The position numbers were made by a program, and so were the translations under genes. Positions 45,737 to 56,126 of a DNA stretch of 64,000 nucleotides are shown here, in pieces. Source of the stretch: a virus (taxonomy: Duplodnaviria > Caudoviricetes); IMG/VR virus record IMGVR_UViG_3300014208_000024, positions 32,001 through 96,000 of that record; one strand, given 5' to 3'. Position 1 is the first letter of the stretch; every line of letters begins with the position of its first letter. The notes under the pieces are model-generated. The model was not told where the DNA came from, made no database searches, and saw only the letters and a list, made by a program, of their open reading frames with translations.

Positions 45737-46285
45737 TTAAATTTTTTCAATTTTTTTAGATTCATATTTGACCACAACTTTTGCTTTACATAATTCATTT
45801 GATTCGTAGCTTCCAAATTGAAATGCTTCTATTTCTACGACTTTAATATCTTCCAGAATAATTTTTCTATTTATTCCTCCATTTGAATATAATAATATTT
45901 CAATATTTTCTTTTTCTGAATTTTCATTAATTATATGAAAATGATTTTTACTTTTAAGAACCTCATAAACGTCACTTTCATCTCCTCCTCCTAAAATAAT
46001 TTCCAATTCAACTTTGTCTTCTCTTAAAAAATAATAAGCTTGAATTAATCTGGGTGGTATATCTTTCATTTTCACTGAAAAACTTGATTCATGATAAATA
46101 TATATATTTCCAACTTGTTCTCCAAATTCTATTGGTTTTTTATTTTCTTGTTGATATTCTAATTCTTCTCTATAATATACCGCAGACTGCTTTGCTTGAT
46201 TAAGATAATTTTGTAGTTCAATTTCTTTAAGTTGTTTTTCACTCATTTTGTATTCAACATGAGTTTTTTTACTAAGTTTTTTCAT
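45737..46285 (-). CDS. Hypothetical protein
   Basis: ORF. Confidence 0.6.
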   Translation of the reverse strand: MKKLSKKTHVEYKMSEKQLKEIELQNYLNQAKQSAVYYREELEYQQENKKPIEFGEQVGNIYIYHESSFSVKMKDIPPRLIQAYYFLREDKVELEIILGGGDESDVYEVLKSKNHFHIINENSEKENIEILLYSNGGINRKIILEDIKVVEIEAFQFGSYESNELCKAKVVVKYESKKIEKI

Positions 46286-46329
46286 AATTTTGTTATTTAG
46301 TTTATTCTAAATATTTATAAATAAAAAAT

Positions 46330-46692
46330 ATGAAATCAAATTTATTTAAAGACATATTAAAAACAAAAACTGAAGGAAATGGAATGAAATTCTCTCAAGG
46401 AAGAGTTTATCTATTTGTTTTTGTTGTATGTTACATAGCTTCCTTGGCCTATTTTATGTTTTTTCCAAACAAAGACTCTATGTCAGAAACAACTGATGCA
46501 ATTCAATGGGCAATTTTATTATTTGCCACATATGTTTTTGGAGGAAAAGGTGTAACGGCTACAAAAGATATATTTTCTACAATAAAAGGAAAAACTACAA
46601 ATGGAACACAAACAACACAAACCTCATCAACAAGTACTACTACAACTGGAAATATACCCCCTGGTAAAAAAGAAGAAGATATGTGTACATAG
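46330..46692 (+). CDS. Two-TM membrane protein (holin-like)
   Basis: FSQGR followed by two hydrophobic helices. Confidence 0.5.
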   Translation: MKSNLFKDILKTKTEGNGMKFSQGRVYLFVFVVCYIASLAYFMFFPNKDSMSETTDAIQWAILLFATYVFGGKGVTATKDIFSTIKGKTTNGTQTTQTSSTSTTTTGNIPPGKKEEDMCT

Positions 46693-46738
46693 ATCTATTT
46701 TAATTTGTGCCAATATATAATATTTGTCTTAATAAAAA

Positions 46739-47512
46739 CTATTCAACAAACTTAAACATATATCCCTTTGCCTTTTTTTGACGGTTATGTAACTGTGATT
46801 GAATTATTCCTTTACCAATATTCAATTGTCTTGCTGCTTCGGATATTGATTTATATATAATTCCATTGTTTAAACAAATTATTTTTTTGCTATTTTTTTT
46901 AGAATTTCTCATGTTTTCAATAACATTTTTATCTTTGAATTTTTCACGACAAATGTTTTTCATGAGCTCTATTGTTTCTTTAGAGTGATGCTTTCCAAAA
47001 AACGAATTTTCTTTTCCTTTATTAGTTTCCTTCCTGTCTATTGACCATTTCTTTTTTTGCTCCTCAGAGTGGCGCTTCCCAAAAAAAGGATTATTTTCAC
47101 CTTTCAAATTTCTTTCAATTGCTTTTTTGGATATTTTAAACTTAACCTCATCGTTAAAATAACTTTGTTCTCCACCAGTTGTTAAATTATAACCAAATTC
47201 TCTGTTATTACTTTTAAATAATTTAATAAAATATGATTCTTTCTCCTTTAATTTTTTAATAAATTCGCTCTCAAATAAAATAAACCAATTAAAACACTCT
47301 TTGTCATACTTCATTAATGCACTATGAAAATAATTTTTAGATTCATTTTTCCATTTCGATATATGATAATGAGACTGTATTCTTTTACCTAATGTTGTCT
47401 GAGTATATCCAATATAAACTTTCTTATTGACAACATTAAATGCGCAATATACACAATTTCCTTTATTTTTGTTCGCCAAACTTATGTTTTTTAAATATTC
47501 ATTTATATCCAT
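46739..47512 (-). CDS. GIY-YIG homing endonuclease with NUMOD3/NUMOD1
   Basis: CVY...KVYIGYT...GYN; NPFFGKRHSEE. Confidence 0.9.
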   Translation of the reverse strand: MDINEYLKNISLANKNKGNCVYCAFNVVNKKVYIGYTQTTLGKRIQSHYHISKWKNESKNYFHSALMKYDKECFNWFILFESEFIKKLKEKESYFIKLFKSNNREFGYNLTTGGEQSYFNDEVKFKISKKAIERNLKGENNPFFGKRHSEEQKKKWSIDRKETNKGKENSFFGKHHSKETIELMKNICREKFKDKNVIENMRNSKKNSKKIICLNNGIIYKSISEAARQLNIGKGIIQSQLHNRQKKAKGYMFKFVE

Positions 47513-47552
47513 GATTAATGTTTACAAATAAATAGTCAGATAAACCGCATTC

Positions 47553-47960
47553 TTACAATTTTCTTAAAAAAACTTTTGGCAAGTACACATTTTCTAAAAA
47601 AACAGCATTTTTAAACAGTGGGGCAATTTGCTTTGGTTTATATCCAGCTAGTCCAGTCCCTATTGGTGTGACTAAAAAAGTTAATTGTGTATTTGTTTTT
47701 GCAAACTCAACAAATTCATCAACATAAGGTTTAATTTCATTAATTGTTAAAACCCTTCTTATTGAAGCATCTTTTGTTGGAATTCCATAAGTTTTTCCTT
47801 GTAACCCAGCTGCTTGTCCCCACTTTGCACCCCAACCCAGTGCTGTTTTTGCCGCACCCTTACCGTGCCGTCCGCTCAAATTTGATCCAAAAACAAAGAC
47901 TTCATTGTCTTTTAGTTTAGAAATATTATCTGGAGTTATTCTTTCTATATTATTCTTCAT
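47553..47960 (-). CDS. A1S_2505-family macro-like phage protein
   Basis: VFVFGSNLSGRHGKGAA...GLQGKTYGIPT...VTPIGTGLAG. Confidence 0.8.
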   Translation of the reverse strand: MKNNIERITPDNISKLKDNEVFVFGSNLSGRHGKGAAKTALGWGAKWGQAAGLQGKTYGIPTKDASIRRVLTINEIKPYVDEFVEFAKTNTQLTFLVTPIGTGLAGYKPKQIAPLFKNAVFLENVYLPKVFLRKL

Positions 47961-48744
47961 CTCTTTCAGCTTTTATTTCATAAACCTCTCCAATATCAAG
48001 TAATTTAAATTTTGTAAAATTATACAGTTGAAACTTGCTTTGATGGAAGTGGGCGTAAATCCACCATTTAATTACGTTTATTTCATCCAGTTTTTTATAA
48101 ATCTTTCCAACTAATTCTCTTTCAGCAATAAGTTCTTCTTTAAGTTCTGGGTCACACTCAATCCACTTAAAAACAGTTCCCCCTAAAACTGGAGGGTATA
48201 CAAAATCTGGTGCCGTGTGAGTTACAACAATATCTATTCCAGCTATTGTTTTTAATTTTTCTTCGTCATAAATTACTTTTTCTGCACCTGGCCACCAATC
48301 TATTCCCTCTTTTCTTCCAGGGTAATTGTGTCCCCTATAGTCCTTAAAATTGTGATTCGGTTTTCTATCAACACATGTAGCGCCTCCTATTCCTAAAACA
48401 GCACGTTCTCCTATTTCAACAATATCATAATCTTGCATAAATACAATGTTTGTAAAATTATGGTTTCCATCAAAGAAAATAGGGTTGTCATGATTCCCTC
48501 TTACAACATAAAGGAAAATTTTTCTTTTCTTTAAAAAAATATTAATTTCTTCTAACCTTCTCTTTTCTTTTTCTGGCTGTCTTGGATCATTATATCTAAA
48601 ACCAACACCCAAATCACCAGCTTGAAACAATATCATATTTTCTAAATTGTAATATTTCACTTTTTCTCTTATAACATCAAATTCTCCGTGTATATCACCG
48701 ATCACTCCAATGGCAAGATTTTTATGTTGTCTGATTACATTCAT
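47950..48744 (-). CDS. Calcineurin-like metallophosphoesterase
   Basis: GDIHG, GDLG, RGNHD, THTAP, HFH. Confidence 0.9.
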   Translation of the reverse strand: MNVIRQHKNLAIGVIGDIHGEFDVIREKVKYYNLENMILFQAGDLGVGFRYNDPRQPEKEKRRLEEINIFLKKRKIFLYVVRGNHDNPIFFDGNHNFTNIVFMQDYDIVEIGERAVLGIGGATCVDRKPNHNFKDYRGHNYPGRKEGIDWWPGAEKVIYDEEKLKTIAGIDIVVTHTAPDFVYPPVLGGTVFKWIECDPELKEELIAERELVGKIYKKLDEINVIKWWIYAHFHQSKFQLYNFTKFKLLDIGEVYEIKAERDEE

Positions 48745-48843
48745 ACTTATTATACGTTTTTTTTTGTTTTTTTGTTACACATTTATTATAAATATCAAAA
48801 ACTATGGAAAAGAAGAAGTAGATGAGTAACTTTTATAAAAAAA

Positions 48844-49191
48844 CTATAAACAATTTTTCAAATCCAAAGTAGAATGTTTCTTTAAAAAATCAATGGAGTC
48901 TTCTATTTTTTTACAGTTTGATTTAAAATTGGAAACATCTTCTTGAGATAGCAAAAACCATTCTCCTAATAAATTTTCAAAGTCTTCTGGGATATATTTT
49001 TTGTGTTTTAAACTTCGATGTATTATAGTTTCTATTTTTTGATATTTTTCACTTTCATATCCATCTATAATAATTAATTTTAAAGGATTTCCAGTCTGTA
49101 GAGACTTTAATCTTTCATTTATTGTATTTTTAGTTATTCCAACTTTATACAAGTCTGTTTTTTCTATATTTATTAAATATACAAATCCCAT
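48844..49191 (-). CDS. T5orf172/GIY-YIG-like protein
   Basis: GFVYLI...YKVGIT...RLKSLQTGNP...GEWF. Confidence 0.85.
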   Translation of the reverse strand: MGFVYLINIEKTDLYKVGITKNTINERLKSLQTGNPLKLIIIDGYESEKYQKIETIIHRSLKHKKYIPEDFENLLGEWFLLSQEDVSNFKSNCKKIEDSIDFLKKHSTLDLKNCL

Positions 49192-49259
49192 GTAAAAAAT
49201 ATAAACATAATATTTTAATAAATCAAATTTTTATCTATTTATATGAAAACCGTAAAACT

Positions 49260-49634
49260 ATGGACTTAAAGAAATATGTCAATGAAGAAGTGTCTAAATT
49301 GCACAAACAAGTTATGCTGGAATCTGAATTAAAAAAAGTTAATGAAGATTTAAATCTTTTAAAAGAAGGAGAAGAAGGCGGAGAAAAAACATACGAAAGT
49401 AATGTTTATGAATCTTATAAAAAAGATCTAGAAGAAGTAGTTAGAAATCTGGCGGATGCTTGTAACAAACTAGAATCGGCTACTTTAAAACAAGATCAGC
49501 ATATGAAAAACATTCCAGAAGTTGCCGAAAGAAAAAGTTCTGGCAGTGCTTCAAAACAAGTTATATTAGACATCTTTAAAGAAGTTAAAAAAGCAAAAAT
49601 CGCTGCAGAAAGAAAATTATACGAAATGAGATAA
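49260..49634 (+). CDS. Coiled-coil probable virion protein
   Basis: LKKYVNEEVSKLHK motif. Confidence 0.65.
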   Translation: MDLKKYVNEEVSKLHKQVMLESELKKVNEDLNLLKEGEEGGEKTYESNVYESYKKDLEEVVRNLADACNKLESATLKQDQHMKNIPEVAERKSSGSASKQVILDIFKEVKKAKIAAERKLYEMR

Positions 49635-49702
49635 ATGGGAGACATTAAATAAAAAAGGGGGTTTTTGCCCCCTTTTTTTATTCTTCATTATTGATTTGTA
49701 AA

Positions 49703-49939
49703 TTAGACCATAAATGGATATAGTTCATCATCCACTCTAATGTCAACTAATCCTTGATCAATTTTTTCTGGGGTTGTATAGAGATTGATTGTTTGATAAT
49801 CTATGTTCTCTTTTTCTAAAAAACATTTTAATAGATATGCTATTTTTTGCCTTGTTTCATTGTCGTTTGGTTCAGCAATAAAAGCGTTGAGAATTTTTAT
49901 AATCTCTTCATTTACTTTTGTTTTGTGTCTTATGTCCAT
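49703..49939 (-). CDS. Hypothetical protein
   Basis: ORF. Confidence 0.55.
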   Translation of the reverse strand: MDIRHKTKVNEEIIKILNAFIAEPNDNETRQKIAYLLKCFLEKENIDYQTINLYTTPEKIDQGLVDIRVDDELYPFMV

Positions 49940-49977
49940 TTTGTCTTTGTTTTATTTAGTCAAATATAAAAAAAATA

Positions 49978-51162
49978 TTAAAGAAAACAAAATTTATTAT
50001 TAACAAATCTTAATATATTTTCTAAAACAATTCCTGGTGTTTTTTTATATTCCTTTTCCCATGCAACAAAAACATCATATCCTTTATTTTTTAAAAACTC
50101 TATTTTTCTATCATCATTTTTCCATATTTCAATAGCAGTTTTTCCAACAATTTTGTTTTCATAATTTTCACTATATTTTTTTGGGTTACAATGCCAATAA
50201 TCTCCATTAAATTCTACACACATTTTTATATTAGATATAACAAAATCGTATAAATAATGTATTTTGTTTTCACCATCTTCAATGTCAAATTCTTTGTTTA
50301 ATTCAGAAAAATAGCATTTATTTTTCAATTCATCTGGCAATTTTTCATAAATTGACCAAAAAAGTTTTTGAGACATTTTAGACACTCTATTATTGTTAAT
50401 AAAAATTGGATTTTTAATTCCATATATTTTTGTCCAAGTGTTTTCTCTGTTTTTTAAAGTTTCTTTACGATAGGAATTATGTCTCACGCCATATGTTTCA
50501 ATCATGGTGTTTTCCATTTTATCCATAATCAAACTACTTTGAAGTGGGTATAAAACTCCATAATTAGAAAATGTTGTAGCAGTTTTTTGCGCTTTTACAA
50601 CATTAGACTTTGAAACATTATCTACTCCATATGTTAATGCAACCGTTTCTTTTATTTTATTCTTTATAGTCTCATTTTGAAGGGGGGTTTTAAATCCATA
50701 TTTTTCAATATTAGTTTTTTCTATCCTTTCACGCATTTTTTTGTCTTGTAAAATATATTTTGTACCGTATTTTTTAAAATTAGTATCTTCAACTTTTTTC
50801 ATTACTTCTTTATTTTGCAATGGATGCTCAACTCCATATTTTTCCATGCAAGTTTTTTTCCTTTTTTCTTTTATATTTTTCGAGTTATGAGAACACTTTA
50901 AAGAACATCCTGTATTATATCCTTTAGAAAAATCTAAAAAATTCACCTTTTTTATCCCACAATATTTACATTTTTTTATAGAAGTTATATTATTAACAAT
51001 ACAATAAATCCTTTCTGACATTTTTGGATTATATTCATTTAAGAATAATGTATCTTGAATTATTTCTTCTTTTATTTTTTTTTCTCTAGAAAACGAACTC
51101 AAAATAGATTTAATTCCTCTTTTTTTTATTTCTTTTGTTATAAAATCAAACAATTCACTCAT
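49978..51162 (-). CDS. Homing endonuclease with KYGV repeats and Vsr-like C-terminus
   Basis: Repeats (E/K)KYGV.HP.Q; YLYDF...EFNGDYWH...WE. Confidence 0.8.
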   Translation of the reverse strand: MSELFDFITKEIKKRGIKSILSSFSREKKIKEEIIQDTLFLNEYNPKMSERIYCIVNNITSIKKCKYCGIKKVNFLDFSKGYNTGCSLKCSHNSKNIKEKRKKTCMEKYGVEHPLQNKEVMKKVEDTNFKKYGTKYILQDKKMRERIEKTNIEKYGFKTPLQNETIKNKIKETVALTYGVDNVSKSNVVKAQKTATTFSNYGVLYPLQSSLIMDKMENTMIETYGVRHNSYRKETLKNRENTWTKIYGIKNPIFINNNRVSKMSQKLFWSIYEKLPDELKNKCYFSELNKEFDIEDGENKIHYLYDFVISNIKMCVEFNGDYWHCNPKKYSENYENKIVGKTAIEIWKNDDRKIEFLKNKGYDVFVAWEKEYKKTPGIVLENILRFVNNKFCFL

Positions 51163-51254
51163 ATCAAATAGTATTAAAATTCTATTATAAATATGATAAA
51201 AAAATAAAACCCCAGAAAAATTCCGAGGTTTTATACAAAATTAATAAAAAATTG

Positions 51255-52852
51255 TTAAAACTCAATATAATTCTTTATTGTATCAACAAGTGCATTTTTA
51301 TCTTGTTCAAGAATTTTCATCAAGTCAAATATTTTATCACTCCAACCCGCCAGTGCACATACTTGTGATTCTGGAAATTGCATAGTTCCATACCCATTTA
51401 AATCAAAAGAATATACATAAGGATTACATTTATATCTTTCTTTATACGCTTTAAAATCTGATGTTGGTGCGTGATTTCCAATCCAACCCTGTAGGTCTGA
51501 AAGAATTATTAGCCTTTCATATTTCTTATTAATAGCTCTGAAGATAGAGTGAAAATCTGTTCCACCATCAGTAAATCTGATATTCTTAGCAATAGTCAAA
51601 ACACTATCTGAAGGATTCAAGTTTTGGTATCTTGCATTGCTATCGAAAGTCATAAAATCTGAGTTATTGCTCTTTACTATGATAGCCGAGAACAATCCTC
51701 CTATTTGTGCAGGTTTTCCTTGCATAGAACCAGATACGTCAAGTATAACTAATGTATCTCCTTCAAATATTGGAACGTTAGAACAAGAAATATCAACTGC
51801 ATTGTTTAAAGCTACCATAACTTGTCTAACTTCTTTTGAAGAATTACTAGACATAGCTTCAATTTCTTTCATTGCTGTATCATATCTGAAAGGCAACACC
51901 AATGAATTTTTGATAGCTCTTTCGTTAACAAGCAATCCGCATGCTGTTTTAACTTCACCAGGAGCTTGTTCAATTATGTTTCTCAAGTTTCTTAACAAGT
52001 TGAAGTATGGCATTTTTCCACTATTAAGCATTTCTTTCCATACATCAGCTTTAAGTTGTGCTTTTTCGTTTGCACTTGAAGCTTCTTGCCCAGCTTTTGA
52101 CATTTTTGCTTCAGTGGTTTCGGTGTTTTTCAACATACCTGCCATTAAAGCATCCAATGCTGGTAATTGAACTGTTCCCGTTTTTTGTCTTTTAACAGGA
52201 GACAATATTTCTTTTACTTTTGCAATTTTTGCAGCATTTTTCTTAGAATTCTTGTTCAAACTTTTTAATTTTGCTTCAAGCAAAGAAATGTAATCTTCCT
52301 TTGAAACTTCAACAAAACCATTTTTTTCGGTTGGAACAGGGTGTACAAGATTAACAACGTCAATTAATGTAACTTCCTTGTTTTCCATTTTGTACTTAGC
52401 CAATTGGTAAGCATCAAATTTTCCAAAAGCTTCAGAAAACCCTTTTTGCATTGATTTTGACAAAGATTTGTTTTTTTGACCAAAGTAGTATGCAATAGTT
52501 TCTACCATGTCGTCAGGTCTACGAACAATAGCCTTGTAAAAATTCTTAGCCCATGATTCTCCAGACAATTTCTTTGCAAGTTCTGCAGCCAATACGTGAG
52601 TAATGGAACGCATACCGAATTCTTGTCTTGCATAAACAGCTGCTTTAGCTGCAAACAAAGGATTAACACGATCTAATACACTTTTAAGTCTAGAAAGACC
52701 ATCAGTTGCTTTTTCGTAGAATTTATCTTCAACGAAAGAAGTTAAAAGAATAGACACCAATTCTAACTCTGCTGATTGTTTGTAGCTTCGCCACCAGCTA
52801 AGTTAACAGTTTTGGTAACTGCTTTTGGGGTTGTTTTGCTAAATTTTGACAT
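51255..52852 (-). CDS. rsr: Ro60/TROVE-vWA RNA-binding protein, one base short of continuity near 52786
   Basis: NLAGGEA|YKQSAELELVS, FDAYQLAKY, NLLRNLRN, DVSGSM, ILSD; frame break after codon 23. Confidence 0.85.
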
Positions 52853-52890
52853 AGCGTTTTGGTTTTTGGTTAATAATAAAAAAATTAAAA

Positions 52891-53014
52891 AAAAAGGGAA
52901 AGTTTTGAAGAGTGTGATTCTCCCGTTTCCAGGAGAAATAACGTCCACATTTCTGAGGGCATTATTGGAGTCGAACCAATTTTAACCGAAGTAACTCTAT
53001 CAATTACCACTTTA
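52891..53014 (-). ncRNA. Y-RNA-like element Y9 directly upstream of Ro60
   Basis: AGTGGTAA...AGAGTTACTTCG / ACTCT...TTTCCCT; T-arm ATTGG-TTCGACT-CCAAT. Confidence 0.75.
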
Positions 53015-53184
53015 TATTTTAAATATTTTTTAAGAACCTTGTTAATCAGTTTCCTGTTTAACATTATAAATATGCACAAAAATATTAAATTCTAAAACAA
53101 AAACCAAGTTTTTTTCAATTTATTTTTAAAAAATCTTATATCTATTTGATTTTCAACTATAAAAAAATTAAAATTTTTCAAAAA

Positions 53185-53700
53185 TTAAATTAAAATATTA
53201 TCTTTTTTTATAGAATATAATAAATCTTCATATAAAACTTCTATAATTTCGAGCAAAGAAAAATCTGATTTAACTTCAACACCCTCTCTTAAAACTTCAT
53301 CTTCATCAACAATTTTTGTATCAATTACAAATTTTAGATTACAAATGCTCTGTGTTTTACCAACTTCATCATAAGAACACATTTCTGTCTGGGTATTTAT
53401 CTTTAAAACCCCATCTGTTGTAACTTCTGCGGTTTTAAATATTCTTATATAATCACATGCTTCCGAAAGCTTGCCTGCACTAAAAAGAGCTCTTCCAACT
53501 TCATATTGTTCGCTACAATATAAATTAATAAACTCTCTAATATCATACAACACATGAACAAAATCCCCAAGCGTTAAACTCTTATCCAATACAATTGGGC
53601 ACCCCAATGAAGATATTAAAAAATCACGCATTGAGTTTTCTCCAATATCTATTTTTTCTCCATCAAAATAAATAGATTTATTCGCTTTTACTTCGAGCAT
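53185..53700 (-). CDS. Hypothetical protein
   Basis: ORF. Confidence 0.65.
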   Translation of the reverse strand: MLEVKANKSIYFDGEKIDIGENSMRDFLISSLGCPIVLDKSLTLGDFVHVLYDIREFINLYCSEQYEVGRALFSAGKLSEACDYIRIFKTAEVTTDGVLKINTQTEMCSYDEVGKTQSICNLKFVIDTKIVDEDEVLREGVEVKSDFSLLEIIEVLYEDLLYSIKKDNILI

Positions 53701-55738
53701 TTTTCTTTGTTTTTTTTAATTCAACATTATTAACAATAGAAATTTTTATTTCATCACCATCAAGAATGAGATTATATTTTTGATTTACTACAACTTGTCC
53801 TTTTAACACAGCCTTTGAAATAAGGTTTCCAATTCTTTCTTGAATAGCTCTTTTAATTGGTCTGGCTCCATATTTTTTATCGTATCCAACCAAAGCTATG
53901 TTTTTAATAACATCTTCAGTTGCTGTTATGTTGTAGTTTTTTTCCTTAATTCTTAATAACATCTCATTCATTTCTATTTTAGTAATAGTTTCTATTTGTT
54001 CTCTTCCGAGAGCATTAAATACTATTTTTTCATCTATTCTATTTAAAAACTCTGGTTTAAATTGTTTTTCCAACTCTTTAAATACAAGTTTTTTATCATT
54101 TTTAAGAGTGTCAGATTGCGCACCAAATCCAAGAGTGTTTTCCTCTAATATGTTTCTTGTTCCAATATTAGATGTCATTATAATAATTGTATTCTTGAAG
54201 TTTACTTCAGATCCAGAAGAATCAGTTAATTTACCTTCATCAAGAACTTGTAAAAAAACGTTAAAAACATCTGGATGTGCTTTCTCAATTTCATCAAACA
54301 AAATAAGAGAATATGGCCTGTTTTTAATTTTTTCTGTTAATTGACCTTTATCTTCATGTCCAATATATCCAGGAGGAGATCCTATAAGTTTTGAAACAGA
54401 ATGCTTTTCTCCATATTCGGACATATCAATTCTTATAAAAGAGTCGTTTGTGTGAAATAAATGAGATGCAAGAAACTTGGCCATTAAAGTCTTTCCAACA
54501 CCAGTGGGGCCTAAGAACAGAAAAGATGCCAATGGTTTAAATGGGTCTTGAAGACCTAATCTTGAACGCTGTATTGCATCTTCAACTTTTTGTACTGCCT
54601 CATCCTGTCCAATAATTTTCTCCTTCAAGTATTCACAAATACTTAATAATTTTTTATTTTCTGAATCGGTTAGTTTATTAACTGGTATTCCAGTGTGAGA
54701 AGATATTATATAAGCAACATCTTCTATTTTTACTTTTATTTTATTTTTTCTAACTTCACTTTGCCACCTTATTTTTTCATCTTCTAATTCGTGAAGTATT
54801 CTTTTTTCTTCATCCCTAAATCTTGCAGCCTCTTCGAAATTTTGATTATTTGAAGCTTCTAATTTCTTTTTGCCAGCTTCTTCGAGTGCCACTTCCATCT
54901 CTTTAAAACTTTCTGGTAGAGATGTGTTTTTAAGCTTCACCCTAGATCCAACTTCATCAAGCAAATCAATTGCTTTATCTGGAAATTTTCTGTATGTTAT
55001 ATATTTGTCTGCATAATTTATACACTCACCAATCATTTCTTTTGAATATTCTACTCCATGATAATCTTCGTATTTGCCTTTGATATTGTTTAATAAAATT
55101 TCAGTTTCTTCTTTGGTTGGTTCATTAATATAAACCTTTTGAAATCTTCTTTCAAAAGCGCCTTCACTTTCAATATGCTTTTTATATTCTTCCAAAGTGG
55201 TTGCTCCTATACATTTCATAACCCCCCTAGATAAAGCTGGTTTTATTATATTTGCAGCATCCATAGAACCAGAAGCACCTCCAGCACCAATAACATTGTG
55301 TATTTCATCAACGAATGTAATAATATCTGGATTTTCTTCTATTTCTTTTATTAAATCTTCCATTCTTTGTTCAAACTCACCTCTGTATTTTGTACCAGAA
55401 ACCATTGAAGTCATATTAATTTCAACTATTCTCTTGTTTAAGAGCCAAACTTCTGTTTCTTTTTTGTGAATTTTAATAGCAAGTCCTTCGACAACAGCAG
55501 TTTTTCCAACTCCTGGTTCACCAACTAAAAGGGGATTGTTTTTTTTTCTTTTATTTAATATTTGGACTATTTCCTCTATTTCTTTTTCTCTTCCAAATAC
55601 TGGATCTAGTTTTGACTCTGCAGCCAATTTTGTTAAATCTCTACCAAAATAATCCAATAAAGGAGTTGAGCTTTTGCTCTTTTTATTTACAGACCCAAGG
55701 TTTTTTTCTTCTCTTTCTGCATCAAAAGTTTTTGACAT
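53678..55738 (-). CDS. clpC: ClpB/ClpC-type AAA+ chaperone lacking the N-terminal repeat domain
   Basis: GEPGVGKT, DEIH, GPTGVGKT, DMSEY, LFDEIEKAH; UVR-like QNFEEAARFRD. Confidence 0.92.
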   Translation of the reverse strand: MSKTFDAEREEKNLGSVNKKSKSSTPLLDYFGRDLTKLAAESKLDPVFGREKEIEEIVQILNKRKKNNPLLVGEPGVGKTAVVEGLAIKIHKKETEVWLLNKRIVEINMTSMVSGTKYRGEFEQRMEDLIKEIEENPDIITFVDEIHNVIGAGGASGSMDAANIIKPALSRGVMKCIGATTLEEYKKHIESEGAFERRFQKVYINEPTKEETEILLNNIKGKYEDYHGVEYSKEMIGECINYADKYITYRKFPDKAIDLLDEVGSRVKLKNTSLPESFKEMEVALEEAGKKKLEASNNQNFEEAARFRDEEKRILHELEDEKIRWQSEVRKNKIKVKIEDVAYIISSHTGIPVNKLTDSENKKLLSICEYLKEKIIGQDEAVQKVEDAIQRSRLGLQDPFKPLASFLFLGPTGVGKTLMAKFLASHLFHTNDSFIRIDMSEYGEKHSVSKLIGSPPGYIGHEDKGQLTEKIKNRPYSLILFDEIEKAHPDVFNVFLQVLDEGKLTDSSGSEVNFKNTIIIMTSNIGTRNILEENTLGFGAQSDTLKNDKKLVFKELEKQFKPEFLNRIDEKIVFNALGREQIETITKIEMNEMLLRIKEKNYNITATEDVIKNIALVGYDKKYGARPIKRAIQERIGNLISKAVLKGQVVVNQKYNLILDGDEIKISIVNNVELKKTKKNARSKSE

Positions 55739-55781
55739 ATATTTTAATTTTTTTTACAAATATAGCACTTTTTATTGTAAA

Positions 55782-55997
55782 TTACAAACTCTTTTGAAGT
55801 TCTTTTTCTTTTAATGGAACAAGCTCTATATAAATTAAAGTTTTAGTTTTATTTTTCTCAATATTAAAAATTTCATACTTATCTATTTTATATACATTTC
55901 TAATTTTATCCCACAAATAATCAAATCCATCAATTTCCACCTCTTTTGTGTGAACTTCTATGACGACTTTTTGCATAGTTTTTAGTATTAATCTCAT
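55782..55997 (-). CDS. Hypothetical protein
   Basis: ORF. Confidence 0.5.
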   Translation of the reverse strand: MRLILKTMQKVVIEVHTKEVEIDGFDYLWDKIRNVYKIDKYEIFNIEKNKTKTLIYIELVPLKEKELQKSL

Positions 55998-56126
55998 AAT
56001 AACAAATTTACTTTACTATAAATAAAGAAAAATAATTACTATTAATACGAAAACGAACAAATATTTTTGAATGGCTCCGAAAACAAAGAAGAGAATGTGG
56101 CTGGGGAAAAATATATGATAATGTAA

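Noticed and set aside
52760-52852. Programmed -1 frameshift in Ro60
   Set aside because: No slippery heptamer or downstream structure; a single-base loss is simpler
51255-53700. RtcB RNA ligase expected next to Ro60
   Set aside because: No RtcB motifs in this window; it may lie elsewhere in the genome
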